From a virus: a DNA stretch of 64,000 nucleotides. Location: the IMG/VR virus record IMGVR_UViG_3300045988_087221. One strand, written 5' to 3'. Shown in pieces: positions 36,229 to 45,476 of the stretch. The number at the start of each line of letters is the position of its first letter. The stretch's first letter is position 1. The notes beneath the pieces are model-generated. The model was not told the origin of the DNA, made no database searches, and was given only the letters and a program-made list of their open reading frames with translations. A program made the translations under genes and the position numbers.

Positions 36229-38688
36229 TTACTTGAATAACTTTTTAGCCCAATACAGGAGTTCTCTACAAACTGGTACAATTGCAGTAAGACCTACAAT
36301 CTCCAACCATGTTTCAATACTTAATGGCTCTGTTCTGAACACATCGCCACCAAATTGAACTATCAAAATTTGACCAATAAATATAACCAAACATATTCCA
36401 ATAAATGCAGGATTACTTAACAAACCATTAAAGATACTTCTGTCTTGTCCAAATACTCTTGCATTAAACAAGTTCCAGAATTGTAACATAACAAAAATAG
36501 TGAAGAACTCTGTAAGGCTATATGTATTACTAATCAGCAAATATAATAATATGCCGAAATACAAAATACCTACACCAAAGATTTCATACCACATTCTCTT
36601 TGTGATAATAAATGCCTTAGGATCACGTGGCTGTTCAGACATTACTGCTTCATTAGCTGGTTCTGTAGCCAATGCTAAAGCAGCAAAAGTATCCATAATT
36701 AAGTTAACCCATAGCATTTGGATAACAGTGAATGGTAAGTCTACCCCAATAAATGGACCTACACAAGCAATACCAATAGCTACAACATTTACAGTAAGCT
36801 GGAAAAGAATAAAGTGCTGAATATTCTTATACAAGCTTCTTCCCCACTTAACTCCTAAGATAACAGAAGGGAATGAATTATCAAGAAGAATAACATCAGC
36901 TGCATTCTTAGCAATATCAGTACCATTATTCATAGCTACACCTACTTCAGCTTGGTTAAGAGCAGCTGAATCATTAGTTCCATCACCAGTTACAGCTACT
37001 ACTTCTCCCATTCTCTGGAATCTCTTAACAAGTGTCTGCTTGTCTTCAGGTTTAGTTCTGGCAAATACATCTACTTTACGTAAATTAGTATCTGTCTGAG
37101 CTTCGACTTCCTTACCAAGCATTGTGTTAGGAGTCTGAGAGATATTAGCTTGAGCAGCGATAGAAGCAGCTGTTTCAGGATTATCACCTGTCACAATCTT
37201 AACTTTAATTCCTGCGTTTCTAGCAGCCTGAATTGCATCAGGTACATTACTTCTTACTGGGTCTTCGATAGCTACGTAGCCATCCCATATGAAGTCTGAG
37301 AGGGTATTTATATCAGAACCAATCTTGTGTGCAAAAGCAATACATCTTCTGCCTTTAGATTGTTGTTCTGCAAAATTAGGTATGTTCTCATTAGAGCAGA
37401 AATTCATTACTATTTCTGGAGCTCCCTTAATATAAGTAACTGCTCCATCACTAGTAATCATATATTTATTCTTAGAATTAAATTCTACTCTACCTGTTAT
37501 ATGAGTTTTATTTCTTTTATCGGTGATGTCAACTGACTTTTGTACATATTGCAGACAAGCACCCTCTGTAGGATTTCCTACTACTTCTCCTGCAGGACTA
37601 AGATTAGCAGTAGAATTAAGTACAATATTATTTATGACAGCATTTCTATCTGTAAAGTCCTGGAATACTACTTTCATTTTATTCTCTGTAAGAGTTCCTG
37701 TCTTATCAGTAAGAATAAGAGTTGTAGCACCGAGAGTTTCACAAGCATGCATCTTTCTAATAAGGTTATTAGCTTTAGCCATTCTCTTCATAGAATAAGC
37801 AAGAGCAAGAGTTACCGCCATAGGTAAACCTTCTGGTACTGCTACTACAATAAGAGCTACTGCAATCATTAAGAATTGTAAGCAATCATTTACAATATCA
37901 ATAGTATCTTTGCCTACATATCCTTGCTCTATAAATATATAACGTATAGCAAGAGACACAATAAGGATACCTGCAGCTGTGAATGCTATCTTATTAATTA
38001 AGCTAGCTAATCCATTAAGCTGTTTATTAAGAGGTGTTTCTACATCAGTAATAGAAGATGCTTCTCTAGCAGTCTTACCTACTTCTGTTTCATCTCCTAC
38101 TGCAAATACTTCACCTACACAAGTACCCTCAGCTACAATAGTGCTTTTATAAATTCTATTTGTAGGATAGGTAGCAGTCTCTGATTCAAAATTAGTTTTA
38201 GTTACAGGATTTGTTTCTCCAGTTAAAGAAGCTTCACTTACCTTCAAATTGCTATATTCTCTAACAATAATATCGGCAGGAACTTCTTCACCAGCTTCAA
38301 GTATTACAATATCCCCTACAACTAAGTCTTTACGAGCTACTTGAATTACTCCATTATCTCGTCTTACCTTAACTAGAGTATCATCACTACTAGTTAAAAG
38401 AAGGTCAAACTTTTTAGCTGCTGACCAGGTATTCCAAAAACCAATACCTACAGCTAAAGCAATGGCTACAATAATACCAATAGGCTCTGTAAATTCACCC
38501 TTTACAAATCCTAAGGCAATAGATACTGCAGCTGCAATAAGTAATATTACAATAAGTGGGTCTTTAAATCCATCAAGTAACATTACATACCAAGCATCTC
38601 TCTTCGGAGGTGTCAATACATTAATGCCATGTCTAGCACGTGAATCTTCTACTTCTGTTAAGCTAAGACCGTAATTTATATCTGTCAT
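36229..38688 (-). CDS. P-type ATPase, type II (Ca2+-transporting family)
   Basis: LTGETNPV (TGE), DKTGTLT, VPEGLPMAVT (PEGLP), VTGDNPETA and VTGDGTNDSAALNQAEVG, about 10 TM segments, and an N-terminal cation-ATPase-N-like start. Confidence 0.92.
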   Translation of the reverse strand: MTDINYGLSLTEVEDSRARHGINVLTPPKRDAWYVMLLDGFKDPLIVILLIAAAVSIALGFVKGEFTEPIGIIVAIALAVGIGFWNTWSAAKKFDLLLTSSDDTLVKVRRDNGVIQVARKDLVVGDIVILEAGEEVPADIIVREYSNLKVSEASLTGETNPVTKTNFESETATYPTNRIYKSTIVAEGTCVGEVFAVGDETEVGKTAREASSITDVETPLNKQLNGLASLINKIAFTAAGILIVSLAIRYIFIEQGYVGKDTIDIVNDCLQFLMIAVALIVVAVPEGLPMAVTLALAYSMKRMAKANNLIRKMHACETLGATTLILTDKTGTLTENKMKVVFQDFTDRNAVINNIVLNSTANLSPAGEVVGNPTEGACLQYVQKSVDITDKRNKTHITGRVEFNSKNKYMITSDGAVTYIKGAPEIVMNFCSNENIPNFAEQQSKGRRCIAFAHKIGSDINTLSDFIWDGYVAIEDPVRSNVPDAIQAARNAGIKVKIVTGDNPETAASIAAQANISQTPNTMLGKEVEAQTDTNLRKVDVFARTKPEDKQTLVKRFQRMGEVVAVTGDGTNDSAALNQAEVGVAMNNGTDIAKNAADVILLDNSFPSVILGVKWGRSLYKNIQHFILFQLTVNVVAIGIACVGPFIGVDLPFTVIQMLWVNLIMDTFAALALATEPANEAVMSEQPRDPKAFIITKRMWYEIFGVGILYFGILLYLLISNTYSLTEFFTIFVMLQFWNLFNARVFGQDRSIFNGLLSNPAFIGICLVIFIGQILIVQFGGDVFRTEPLSIETWLEIVGLTAIVPVCRELLYWAKKLFK

Positions 38689-38709
38689 TTTTTCTGTTAT
38701 TATAATTAA

Positions 38710-39336
38710 TTAAAGAAATGAAATTGTTGGACGCTTCATAGCATCAATTGAAGTCCAACCTCCGAACTCACCAACTGCCTTAAAGCGCCATTCACCATCC
38801 TTTTTATAGGCAACACCAAGGATAACTGCCTGCTTATCAGAAATCTTAGTACCTTCCTTACCGTCTTCAAGATTAAACTTAGCTAAGACATTTACAGGAG
38901 TATTAGTGTTTCTCTGTACTCTATCACCTGTATAAATACGAAGACCCATATAAGGAATCTCACCAAATGTCTGGTGTGTAAAGTTATTGAGAGTAAATGC
39001 AATATACTCAACACGTGGGTCAAGCTCATTTAAGCGTACCTCAATAGTCTCATTATCAAGACCATCATTACCATTTGTATCACCCGAACGATCATCACCA
39101 CTATGACGAATACCTGGAGCACTTAAATTGTAATAAGCTACTTCGCCAATACAATTCTTATTAGCATCATACAGAAGAACAGTAGAATCCAAATCTACCT
39201 TCTCGATAGAACCGCCAATGCCAAATAAACCCTTACGTCTGATAGCTCCCCAGTTTGAACCAAAGAATAATTTACTCAAACCATTGTTAGACTCTTTAGA
39301 CAGATTGATTCTGCCACCTTTACTTAAATTAATCAT
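38710..39336 (-). CDS. TerD-family protein
   Basis: MINLSKGGRINLSK start, SGDDRSGDTNGNDGLDNETIEVRL Ca-binding-type loop, about 200 aa. Paralog of 39448..40050. Confidence 0.85.
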   Translation of the reverse strand: MINLSKGGRINLSKESNNGLSKLFFGSNWGAIRRKGLFGIGGSIEKVDLDSTVLLYDANKNCIGEVAYYNLSAPGIRHSGDDRSGDTNGNDGLDNETIEVRLNELDPRVEYIAFTLNNFTHQTFGEIPYMGLRIYTGDRVQRNTNTPVNVLAKFNLEDGKEGTKISDKQAVILGVAYKKDGEWRFKAVGEFGGWTSIDAMKRPTISFL

Positions 39337-39371
39337 AAAGCTTTATTAAATAATTGTGAATTACTAATTAA

Positions 39372-39405
39372 CTAAAAATGGGAGTACCTAATTAAAGATA
39401 CTCCC
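39372..39405 (-). terminator. rho-independent terminator between the two TerD genes
   Basis: Minus strand reads GGGAGTA-TCTTTAATTAGG-TACTCCC followed by ATTTTTAG. Confidence 0.6.
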
Positions 39406-39447
39406 TTATAGAATCAAGAATTAAAACCGAATTAATTTATCAATTAA

Positions 39448-40050
39448 TTAAATAGCTGGGGCATCTGGCAAGATGAGTCCATAGTTACGAAGAATATCAC
39501 GATAGATAACATTCTGATAACTACCCTTGTCTTCTCCAAGAGCCTTGAACTTCCAATCACCATTGTGGCGATAAAGTTGGCAGAATACAACACAGCGAGA
39601 CATACTTGCATCCTCAGTAAGATCAAACTTAGCCAAAGGAGTAGTGTTACCTTTAGCATACAAGTTGCAATAAGCATTGTTAACCATACCAAAGTTCTGC
39701 TGACGATTCTTAGCATCGTGAATATTAACTAAGATGATAATTTTCTGGACATCTGCAGGAACCTTAGTAGTGTCTACTACAATTGTCTCATCATCTCCAG
39801 CACCAGCACCTGTACGGTTATCACCTGAATGCTTAATAGCATCTTTCCAATTTGGGTTATTGTAGAAAATGAAACCATTGTCAGGATCTACTGCTTTATC
39901 CTGAGCATTCAAAGGAATAGTAGCTACATCCAAGTCAAATTCTACACCTGCCTGGGATGCTACATCCCAACCCAAACCAATTGAAAACTCTGTTACACCA
40001 TTTGCTTCTTTAGCGAGGTTGATGTTACCTCCTTTACTTAATTGAATCAT
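39448..40050 (-). CDS. TerD-family protein
   Basis: MIQLSKGGNINLAK start and SGDNRTGAGAGDDETIVVDT loop. Canonical TerD length. Confidence 0.88.
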   Translation of the reverse strand: MIQLSKGGNINLAKEANGVTEFSIGLGWDVASQAGVEFDLDVATIPLNAQDKAVDPDNGFIFYNNPNWKDAIKHSGDNRTGAGAGDDETIVVDTTKVPADVQKIIILVNIHDAKNRQQNFGMVNNAYCNLYAKGNTTPLAKFDLTEDASMSRCVVFCQLYRHNGDWKFKALGEDKGSYQNVIYRDILRNYGLILPDAPAI

Positions 40051-40064
40051 AATTGTGAATTGAA

Positions 40065-40256
40065 TTAATATTTACCGCAAAATTTACGGCTAATTATAGT
40101 CATAACTTTATCATAAGTTAACTTTTTAGCTTCCTTCTCAGAATAACCTTCTATAATATAAGAATCTACTATTTTCTCAATTGCAGCATTCATTTCAGAG
40201 AATAAGTATTTTTGTTCTTTAGTTAACTTATCATCATATAAATAAGATTTATTCAT
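40065..40256 (-). CDS. hypothetical small protein
   Basis: Track ORF of 63 aa. Confidence 0.4.
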   Translation of the reverse strand: MNKSYLYDDKLTKEQKYLFSEMNAAIEKIVDSYIIEGYSEKEAKKLTYDKVMTIISRKFCGKY

Positions 40257-40515
40257 CTACTTGTAAATCAGCCTGAGTACTTTCTATATAATCTTTTACA
40301 TCTAAGTCTGTAATAAGATTAACTAAGTCTCCAACAGTCTTTAGATTCTGAACTTTATCATCTGTGATAGGATAACCAAACTCCTGTTCACACTCAGTAA
40401 TAATCTCTACTAAATCAAGACTGTCTGCATACAAATCATCGAAAGTATCTTCACTCTTGGCATCTACACCTAGTTCTTCATTAATTATATTAATGACCCT
40501 TGTTTCTATACTCAT
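40249..40515 (-). CDS. acyl carrier protein
   Basis: DLYADSLDLVEIITECEQEFG carries the DSLD phosphopantetheine-attachment motif at the expected position of an 88-aa acidic four-helix protein. Confidence 0.85.
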   Translation of the reverse strand: MSIETRVINIINEELGVDAKSEDTFDDLYADSLDLVEIITECEQEFGYPITDDKVQNLKTVGDLVNLITDLDVKDYIESTQADLQVDE

Positions 40516-40907
40516 GCTTCAGGTCTTACTGGATAAATAGCGTCCTCGAAACCATCAATATCATCAGCATCAAGACCACTAATAGGCTTATCACTGAATA
40601 GCTGATTATGAATTGCTACGTCAATACTAATGGAGCGAGCAAGAATAACTAATTCTTCAGCTGCAGCATTAACATCTGTAGTGAATTTAACTGGATCAAT
40701 ACTTCTAATCTTAGAAGCAATATCCATAGTAGTGTCATCTCCGAGATCTAACAGAGAATCAAACTTCATTCTCTTGTTACGGAAATTCACCACTTTGCTC
40801 TGAATGTTCTGTTCAGAGACACTTGCCATGTTCTTTAAGGCACTACTAACTCTAGAATCTTTTAAATCCTTAGTTGAAGCACCTACTACTTCTTTAATAC
40901 TTTTCAT
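40512..40907 (-). CDS. hypothetical protein
   Basis: Track ORF. Confidence 0.5.
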   Translation of the reverse strand: MKSIKEVVGASTKDLKDSRVSSALKNMASVSEQNIQSKVVNFRNKRMKFDSLLDLGDDTTMDIASKIRSIDPVKFTTDVNAAAEELVILARSISIDVAIHNQLFSDKPISGLDADDIDGFEDAIYPVRPEA

Positions 40908-40913
40908 TCTTAA

Positions 40914-41489
40914 TTAAATTAATAAACGTTTATTTAAAATTACTGGTGTACCCTTTGATTCCTTAGTTGGACCTGGTGCAGGGAGTGCTTGAGACTCTTC
41001 ACCCTTAGGCTTATAATGTTCTTGTATATATGTACTGAAGGGCTTTGAATCAAGTAACGTTGGAATATGCCAATCAAAAAGCTCATAATGGATAGCTACT
41101 TCATTATCTACCTTATAAGTATCTGTACGAGCTAGAACCTTTTTAAGATCCATTTTATTTTCCTTAGGCTCATCAAATATGTAAGCTATTGAATTTTCAT
41201 CTGGCACTAATCCTATGACAAATAGAAAATTATATCCTTTGTTACATAGAGATGGAACGCCAAATAAACCTACACAATAAGCATTTAGATATGACATGTT
41301 CTTTTCACACGCTTTATAAAAAGGCCCCTTGTTATAATCAGGTTTCTCCTTCATTATATATACTGTCTTACTATCTTCAGGACGTATTAAATAGTATTTA
41401 GCATCAGGAATAGAGTCTTTGGAATTATTTCCAAAAAAACCCACTTCTGTCGAGGGAATACAACCCTTTACTACCTCATCTTCATTCAT
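40914..41489 (-). CDS. hypothetical protein
   Basis: Track ORF. Confidence 0.5.
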   Translation of the reverse strand: MNEDEVVKGCIPSTEVGFFGNNSKDSIPDAKYYLIRPEDSKTVYIMKEKPDYNKGPFYKACEKNMSYLNAYCVGLFGVPSLCNKGYNFLFVIGLVPDENSIAYIFDEPKENKMDLKKVLARTDTYKVDNEVAIHYELFDWHIPTLLDSKPFSTYIQEHYKPKGEESQALPAPGPTKESKGTPVILNKRLLI

Positions 41490-42292
41490 TATATATCTTC
41501 CTTTTTAGTGTTAAACACATGTTCAGTATGGGTAGAAGTAAATCCTGGATTATATTGTAATTTCTGAATACCAAGTATCTTATTATACATTACATTAGGA
41601 AAAGAATCCAACATCGAGTTCTGTTGCCTTACTGTTTCCATGCATGCTTCTTCTAACTTGTAATACTCTTCTCGTTGTCCATTTACAAATCCAGATAAGT
41701 CACCATAAAATTTAGTAAATTCAGAATAAGGAATATTTTGATTCTCTTGGAGCCATTTCCAAGTAACTTGCGCTCCATCATGTCTCCCCTCCATAATCAT
41801 ATTAGTGACTTCCAAGAAAGTATTCTTATTTAATTCACAAATTTCATACTTCTGAAGATACACTTTCCATAATTTATCGAAGAACATTTTACGGGCATAC
41901 TGTTGCTTGTCTAACTGATTAGTATATTCAATATTCTTATTATACAATTTTATTATAGCGCCAATAGGACTTATAAACCAACACAATATAATAATTCCGG
42001 GAATTATAATCCACTTTTTCTTAATATTTATATTTGAATAGTCTTCTGTTTTATCATTAAATGCACATATAGCAGTAATGGCAGTGACAAAAGTCGCAAT
42101 AAATAAAACCCATTGAATGACACAATGACAAAAACCCATCCTTATAGCATTAGGGGAACCCTCTAAAGTTAGAAATCCCTTGTCACTAATCATATCATCA
42201 AATATCTGAGTATTCCATAAAAGTAAGAACAGAATGGCACATATAATAGATGCACCTAAAAATAATAAACCATGCTTAATATTATTTTTCAT
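41489..42292 (-). CDS. integral membrane protein (N-terminal multi-TM, C-terminal soluble domain)
   Basis: Three to four hydrophobic helices in the first ~115 aa. Confidence 0.55.
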   Translation of the reverse strand: MKNNIKHGLLFLGASIICAILFLLLWNTQIFDDMISDKGFLTLEGSPNAIRMGFCHCVIQWVLFIATFVTAITAICAFNDKTEDYSNINIKKKWIIIPGIIILCWFISPIGAIIKLYNKNIEYTNQLDKQQYARKMFFDKLWKVYLQKYEICELNKNTFLEVTNMIMEGRHDGAQVTWKWLQENQNIPYSEFTKFYGDLSGFVNGQREEYYKLEEACMETVRQQNSMLDSFPNVMYNKILGIQKLQYNPGFTSTHTEHVFNTKKEDI

Positions 42293-42293
42293 A

Positions 42294-42470
42294 TTATTTA
42301 ATTAAAAATTTATTAAATTTATCATGAAGAGGCTGAAATTCTTTTCTAAGTTCTACTAGTTCTCCCATTTCTTCTATAGAACTAACATCACTTAGTTTAA
42401 TGTTATTAATTATATTCAAAGCATCTCTAAGACGACATTGAATACCTTTTATTGGAGTGTCATTTACCAT
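42294..42470 (-). CDS. hypothetical small protein (58 aa)
   Basis: Own translation MVNDTPIKGIQCRLRDALNIINNIKLSDVSSIEEMGELVELRKEF... Fills a track gap. Confidence 0.3.
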   Translation of the reverse strand: MVNDTPIKGIQCRLRDALNIINNIKLSDVSSIEEMGELVELRKEFQPLHDKFNKFLIK

Positions 42471-42472
42471 AA

Positions 42473-42631
42473 TTAAGATTCTATAAAGACTATTATAATT
42501 AAAAAGATAAGTGCAATAAGTGCTGTCGTTTTACAAAACTCAATGAGTTCCATATTCTGTACAGCAAGCACACTTTCTATTATACCAAATAGCAATAAAC
42601 TACCGCTAATTATTATAAGTTTTTTAATCAT
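42473..42631 (-). CDS. hypothetical small membrane protein (52 aa)
   Basis: Own translation MIKKLIIISGSLLLFGIIESVLAVQNMELIEFCKTTALIALIFLIIIVFIES. Confidence 0.3.
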   Translation of the reverse strand: MIKKLIIISGSLLLFGIIESVLAVQNMELIEFCKTTALIALIFLIIIVFIES

Positions 42632-42935
42632 CACCTAATAAACCTAATTCCTCCAATGTAGAAGTGTCATCAATATCTACATGTAATGGATAATCCTTAT
42701 CCTTAATATCTCTATTAAACTCCATACGAGTTGCCCCATAATAAGCATCTAAATAAGCTTTTCGTAAAAGTCCTAAAAATAGACTAGTGGATAAAGTAAT
42801 AGTACCATTAACTTCTTCTAATCCCTCTAAATATTTACGACACCATTCATATGATGCGACTTTAGATAAGGGCTGTGAAGTACACATAGCAAAACCATCA
42901 AAATCAGGACATTTTGGACAATATAATTTAGCCAT
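42624..42935 (-). CDS. hypothetical protein
   Basis: Track ORF. Confidence 0.5.
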   Translation of the reverse strand: MAKLYCPKCPDFDGFAMCTSQPLSKVASYEWCRKYLEGLEEVNGTITLSTSLFLGLLRKAYLDAYYGATRMEFNRDIKDKDYPLHVDIDDTSTLEELGLLGDD

Positions 42936-42942
42936 AATTAAT

Positions 42943-43326
42943 CTACTTAAGAATTTTAATTTTTACATGTCTTATACTAATTCTCTTAGAGTTTTTGGGG
43001 TGTATTAATATATCAATACGATGTTTATGTCTTTTGTTCATAACATCCCTAACTTCATATATTCCAAATCCTTCTATAAACACTTTTTTAGGTTTATTCT
43101 TTGGAAATAAATAAAGTAAATCACGAGATATAGCACACCATTTAATACTGCCCCTTTTTAAATGACGCAAGTTAATTTTAGAACCATCAGCTGTAACTAA
43201 TGGTTTACTGTCACACTGACTCTTTACTGGTTGATAACAAGTAAGAGTTACATGAGTAGTTGTTTGGCAGAAAGCCTTACTCATGAAGCTTAATAATAAT
43301 AAAAATATTAATATCTGTTTCCTCAT
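42943..43326 (-). CDS. secreted 3D-domain (MltA/RlpA-like DPBB) protein, putative cell-wall hydrolase
   Basis: Signal peptide MRKQILIFLLLLSFMSKAFC. LTCYQP...QCDSKPLVTADGSKI...WCAISRDL...IEGFGIYEVRDVMNKRHKHRIDIL matches the 3D-domain pattern as I recall it. Confidence 0.5.
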   Translation of the reverse strand: MRKQILIFLLLLSFMSKAFCQTTTHVTLTCYQPVKSQCDSKPLVTADGSKINLRHLKRGSIKWCAISRDLLYLFPKNKPKKVFIEGFGIYEVRDVMNKRHKHRIDILIHPKNSKRISIRHVKIKILK

Positions 43327-44475
43327 TTAATATATCTGATTAAGCTTACCTGAAGCACTTGAAGTGTATCCAGATTTAATTATATAAATATTAAAATTAC
43401 ATAAACTGGTTACAACGTAACGCTTTTGAGGGTCTATGTAGAATATAGTACGATCGTCAAACTCTTCTCCTATTTTGAGATACTTTATCTCCTTATTAGA
43501 TATAATAGTATCTGTGCGCATATAAGTGCCCTCCAGGACTTTCTTAGCTTCCAATTCTCTCTCAGAATATTCTTTAATAGGCTTTCCTGCAGCTTGGCAC
43601 ACTATTTCTCGACTTTCGACTATCTTATCAAAGAGTTGTCCATCAATATGAGGACTATTCCTTAATAATCCATCTCTTAATTCTAGAGATTCTACAAAAT
43701 AGGTAAAATTAGAGAACTCAAGATTAAAGTCTCTACGGATTGCCTCAATTTTGTCTTTACCATGAATATTAACTTCCTGAGCAAGAGCTTTTACTAGATC
43801 AACAGTAATTATCTGCATCTGTCTAATTAAGTCTAGTACTGGCTCTATTGCATCTTTGTCAATTAAAATATCATTAAGTAATTCAAGTGTAGTTTCTTCA
43901 GGTAGATTACCAAAAGAACGTACATATCTAATACGTGATGGGCGACCTAACAAATTATTATTAATTTCCAACTCATTAGTGGTAAGTAGAAATATTTTAC
44001 GATATTGTGAATTGTGAACACCGTCCATAAAAGAGAGAACTGATGAAGATTCCCTAAATTCTTTTTCGTATTCATCAAAGAAGAAGATACAGTCAAAGTT
44101 AATTTGAGTAGCTAAGAATTTAAGCATATCATTTACTTCTTTACAGGATTTAACAATAATAACTGGAAGTCCGATACGATTACAAAGCTCTTCTGCAGTA
44201 ACTGTTTTACCTGTTCCCTTGATACCATTAAATAATACTCCTAAATTACCTGTAGTATTATTGTAAGTTTTTACAAAATGATCAATAAACTCACTATTAA
44301 TACCATACAATTTGTAATTAAATACAAAAGAATCTCCAAGTCTATTTAAATAATAACCTGTCATTGATTCTTTAACTTCATAAATTCCTTTAGGCAATCC
44401 TTCAGGATGTGCTTTTGTTGTGGCACTACCCTTCACAAAAGTATTACCATCTTGAATCCAAATGTTTTGTTCCAT
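43327..44475 (-). CDS. AAA+ ATPase
   Basis: Walker A in FNGIKGTGKTVTAEEL and Walker B in CIFFFDEYEK. Confidence 0.7.
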   Translation of the reverse strand: MEQNIWIQDGNTFVKGSATTKAHPEGLPKGIYEVKESMTGYYLNRLGDSFVFNYKLYGINSEFIDHFVKTYNNTTGNLGVLFNGIKGTGKTVTAEELCNRIGLPVIIVKSCKEVNDMLKFLATQINFDCIFFFDEYEKEFRESSSVLSFMDGVHNSQYRKIFLLTTNELEINNNLLGRPSRIRYVRSFGNLPEETTLELLNDILIDKDAIEPVLDLIRQMQIITVDLVKALAQEVNIHGKDKIEAIRRDFNLEFSNFTYFVESLELRDGLLRNSPHIDGQLFDKIVESREIVCQAAGKPIKEYSERELEAKKVLEGTYMRTDTIISNKEIKYLKIGEEFDDRTIFYIDPQKRYVVTSLCNFNIYIIKSGYTSSASGKLNQIY

Positions 44476-44493
44476 AATTAAATTATTTTATCT

Positions 44494-44886
44494 TTATAAT
44501 CTCATATCAGAGTTTAACTCTAAACCAAATAGAAAATGTTGAAGTTGATGGACATATCTAATCTTTTTGAAGCGATGCTTAGTCTTACCACGACAAAGTT
44601 CCCATACAGAAGGATAATCTTTATTTGGTTTAATGAAGTAATATACACCATCAAATCTTGCTCTCCACCATGTATATCTCTTAGACTTTAACCTTTTCCA
44701 TTTGTTTTTGTCTAATATTTCTGGGGTAAGGGGGATTGGAACTATATCAGTACACTCAATATCTACATCATTATAATTTGCATCTAGAGCTTCATAGTAA
44801 TATTTACCACTGCTCATAATTGTATAATTATTGCAAAACTTTGGTATATAAACTAAATCTCCAGGAATATATTGAATTCGTTCCAT
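44494..44886 (-). CDS. hypothetical protein (paralog of 53902..54273)
   Basis: Shared motifs: PLTPEILDKNKW versus PVTPEILEKNGW, and YVHQLQHFLFGLELN versus YIHELQHLLFGLNLN. Confidence 0.5.
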   Translation of the reverse strand: MERIQYIPGDLVYIPKFCNNYTIMSSGKYYYEALDANYNDVDIECTDIVPIPLTPEILDKNKWKRLKSKRYTWWRARFDGVYYFIKPNKDYPSVWELCRGKTKHRFKKIRYVHQLQHFLFGLELNSDMRL

Positions 44887-44888
44887 AA

Positions 44889-45476
44889 TTAAACTAGATT
44901 ATTCAACTTCTTATATTCTTCAAATACTTTATCTTCCGCTTCATCTCCCCACATAGTATATATTAGTACTCCATAAGGACAGTATTGAAATATTATAGGG
45001 TCTATTGGTTTAGAAGATATAATAGTTTTTATTTGAAGTTCAGACTCAGGACAAGCTATAAAGAAACAATTTTTATCTACACAAGTTCTCTTAAATATAA
45101 CACAATCTGCCCATTTTTGATCTTTGAAAAAATCTTTTATTTCCCATCCCATTTTTACATGAAAGATACTAAAGGTAGCATCCAAAGACTTCTGAATTAA
45201 TTTATTACTATAATCACTATAATTTTGTACACCAGTAACCCTCCAAATATCCTCATTTATGCGAAGTTCATAGTACTTATTACTTAATTTATACTTAATA
45301 CGTGCTAATTCTTCTAGATTAGCTGCAGGCACAACTCCAGTATAATTTTGTAGACGACCTATAGATAAATTATATTTATGACATAATTCATAGAAAGCTG
45401 AGGTACTAACTAATATTACTGAATCTCCTAAAAGTTCATTTATCACTTTTATATATTCCAGTAATTTTTTTTGCAT
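44889..45476 (-). CDS. hypothetical protein
   Basis: Track ORF. Confidence 0.5.
   Translation of the reverse strand: MQKKLLEYIKVINELLGDSVILVSTSAFYELCHKYNLSIGRLQNYTGVVPAANLEELARIKYKLSNKYYELRINEDIWRVTGVQNYSDYSNKLIQKSLDATFSIFHVKMGWEIKDFFKDQKWADCVIFKRTCVDKNCFFIACPESELQIKTIISSKPIDPIIFQYCPYGVLIYTMWGDEAEDKVFEEYKKLNNLV

Noticed and set aside
39444-39716. Minus-strand 90-aa ORF overlapping the TerD gene in another frame
   Set aside because: It is fully embedded in 39448..40050, which has clear TerD motifs. Its own translation is hydrophobic low-complexity sequence.
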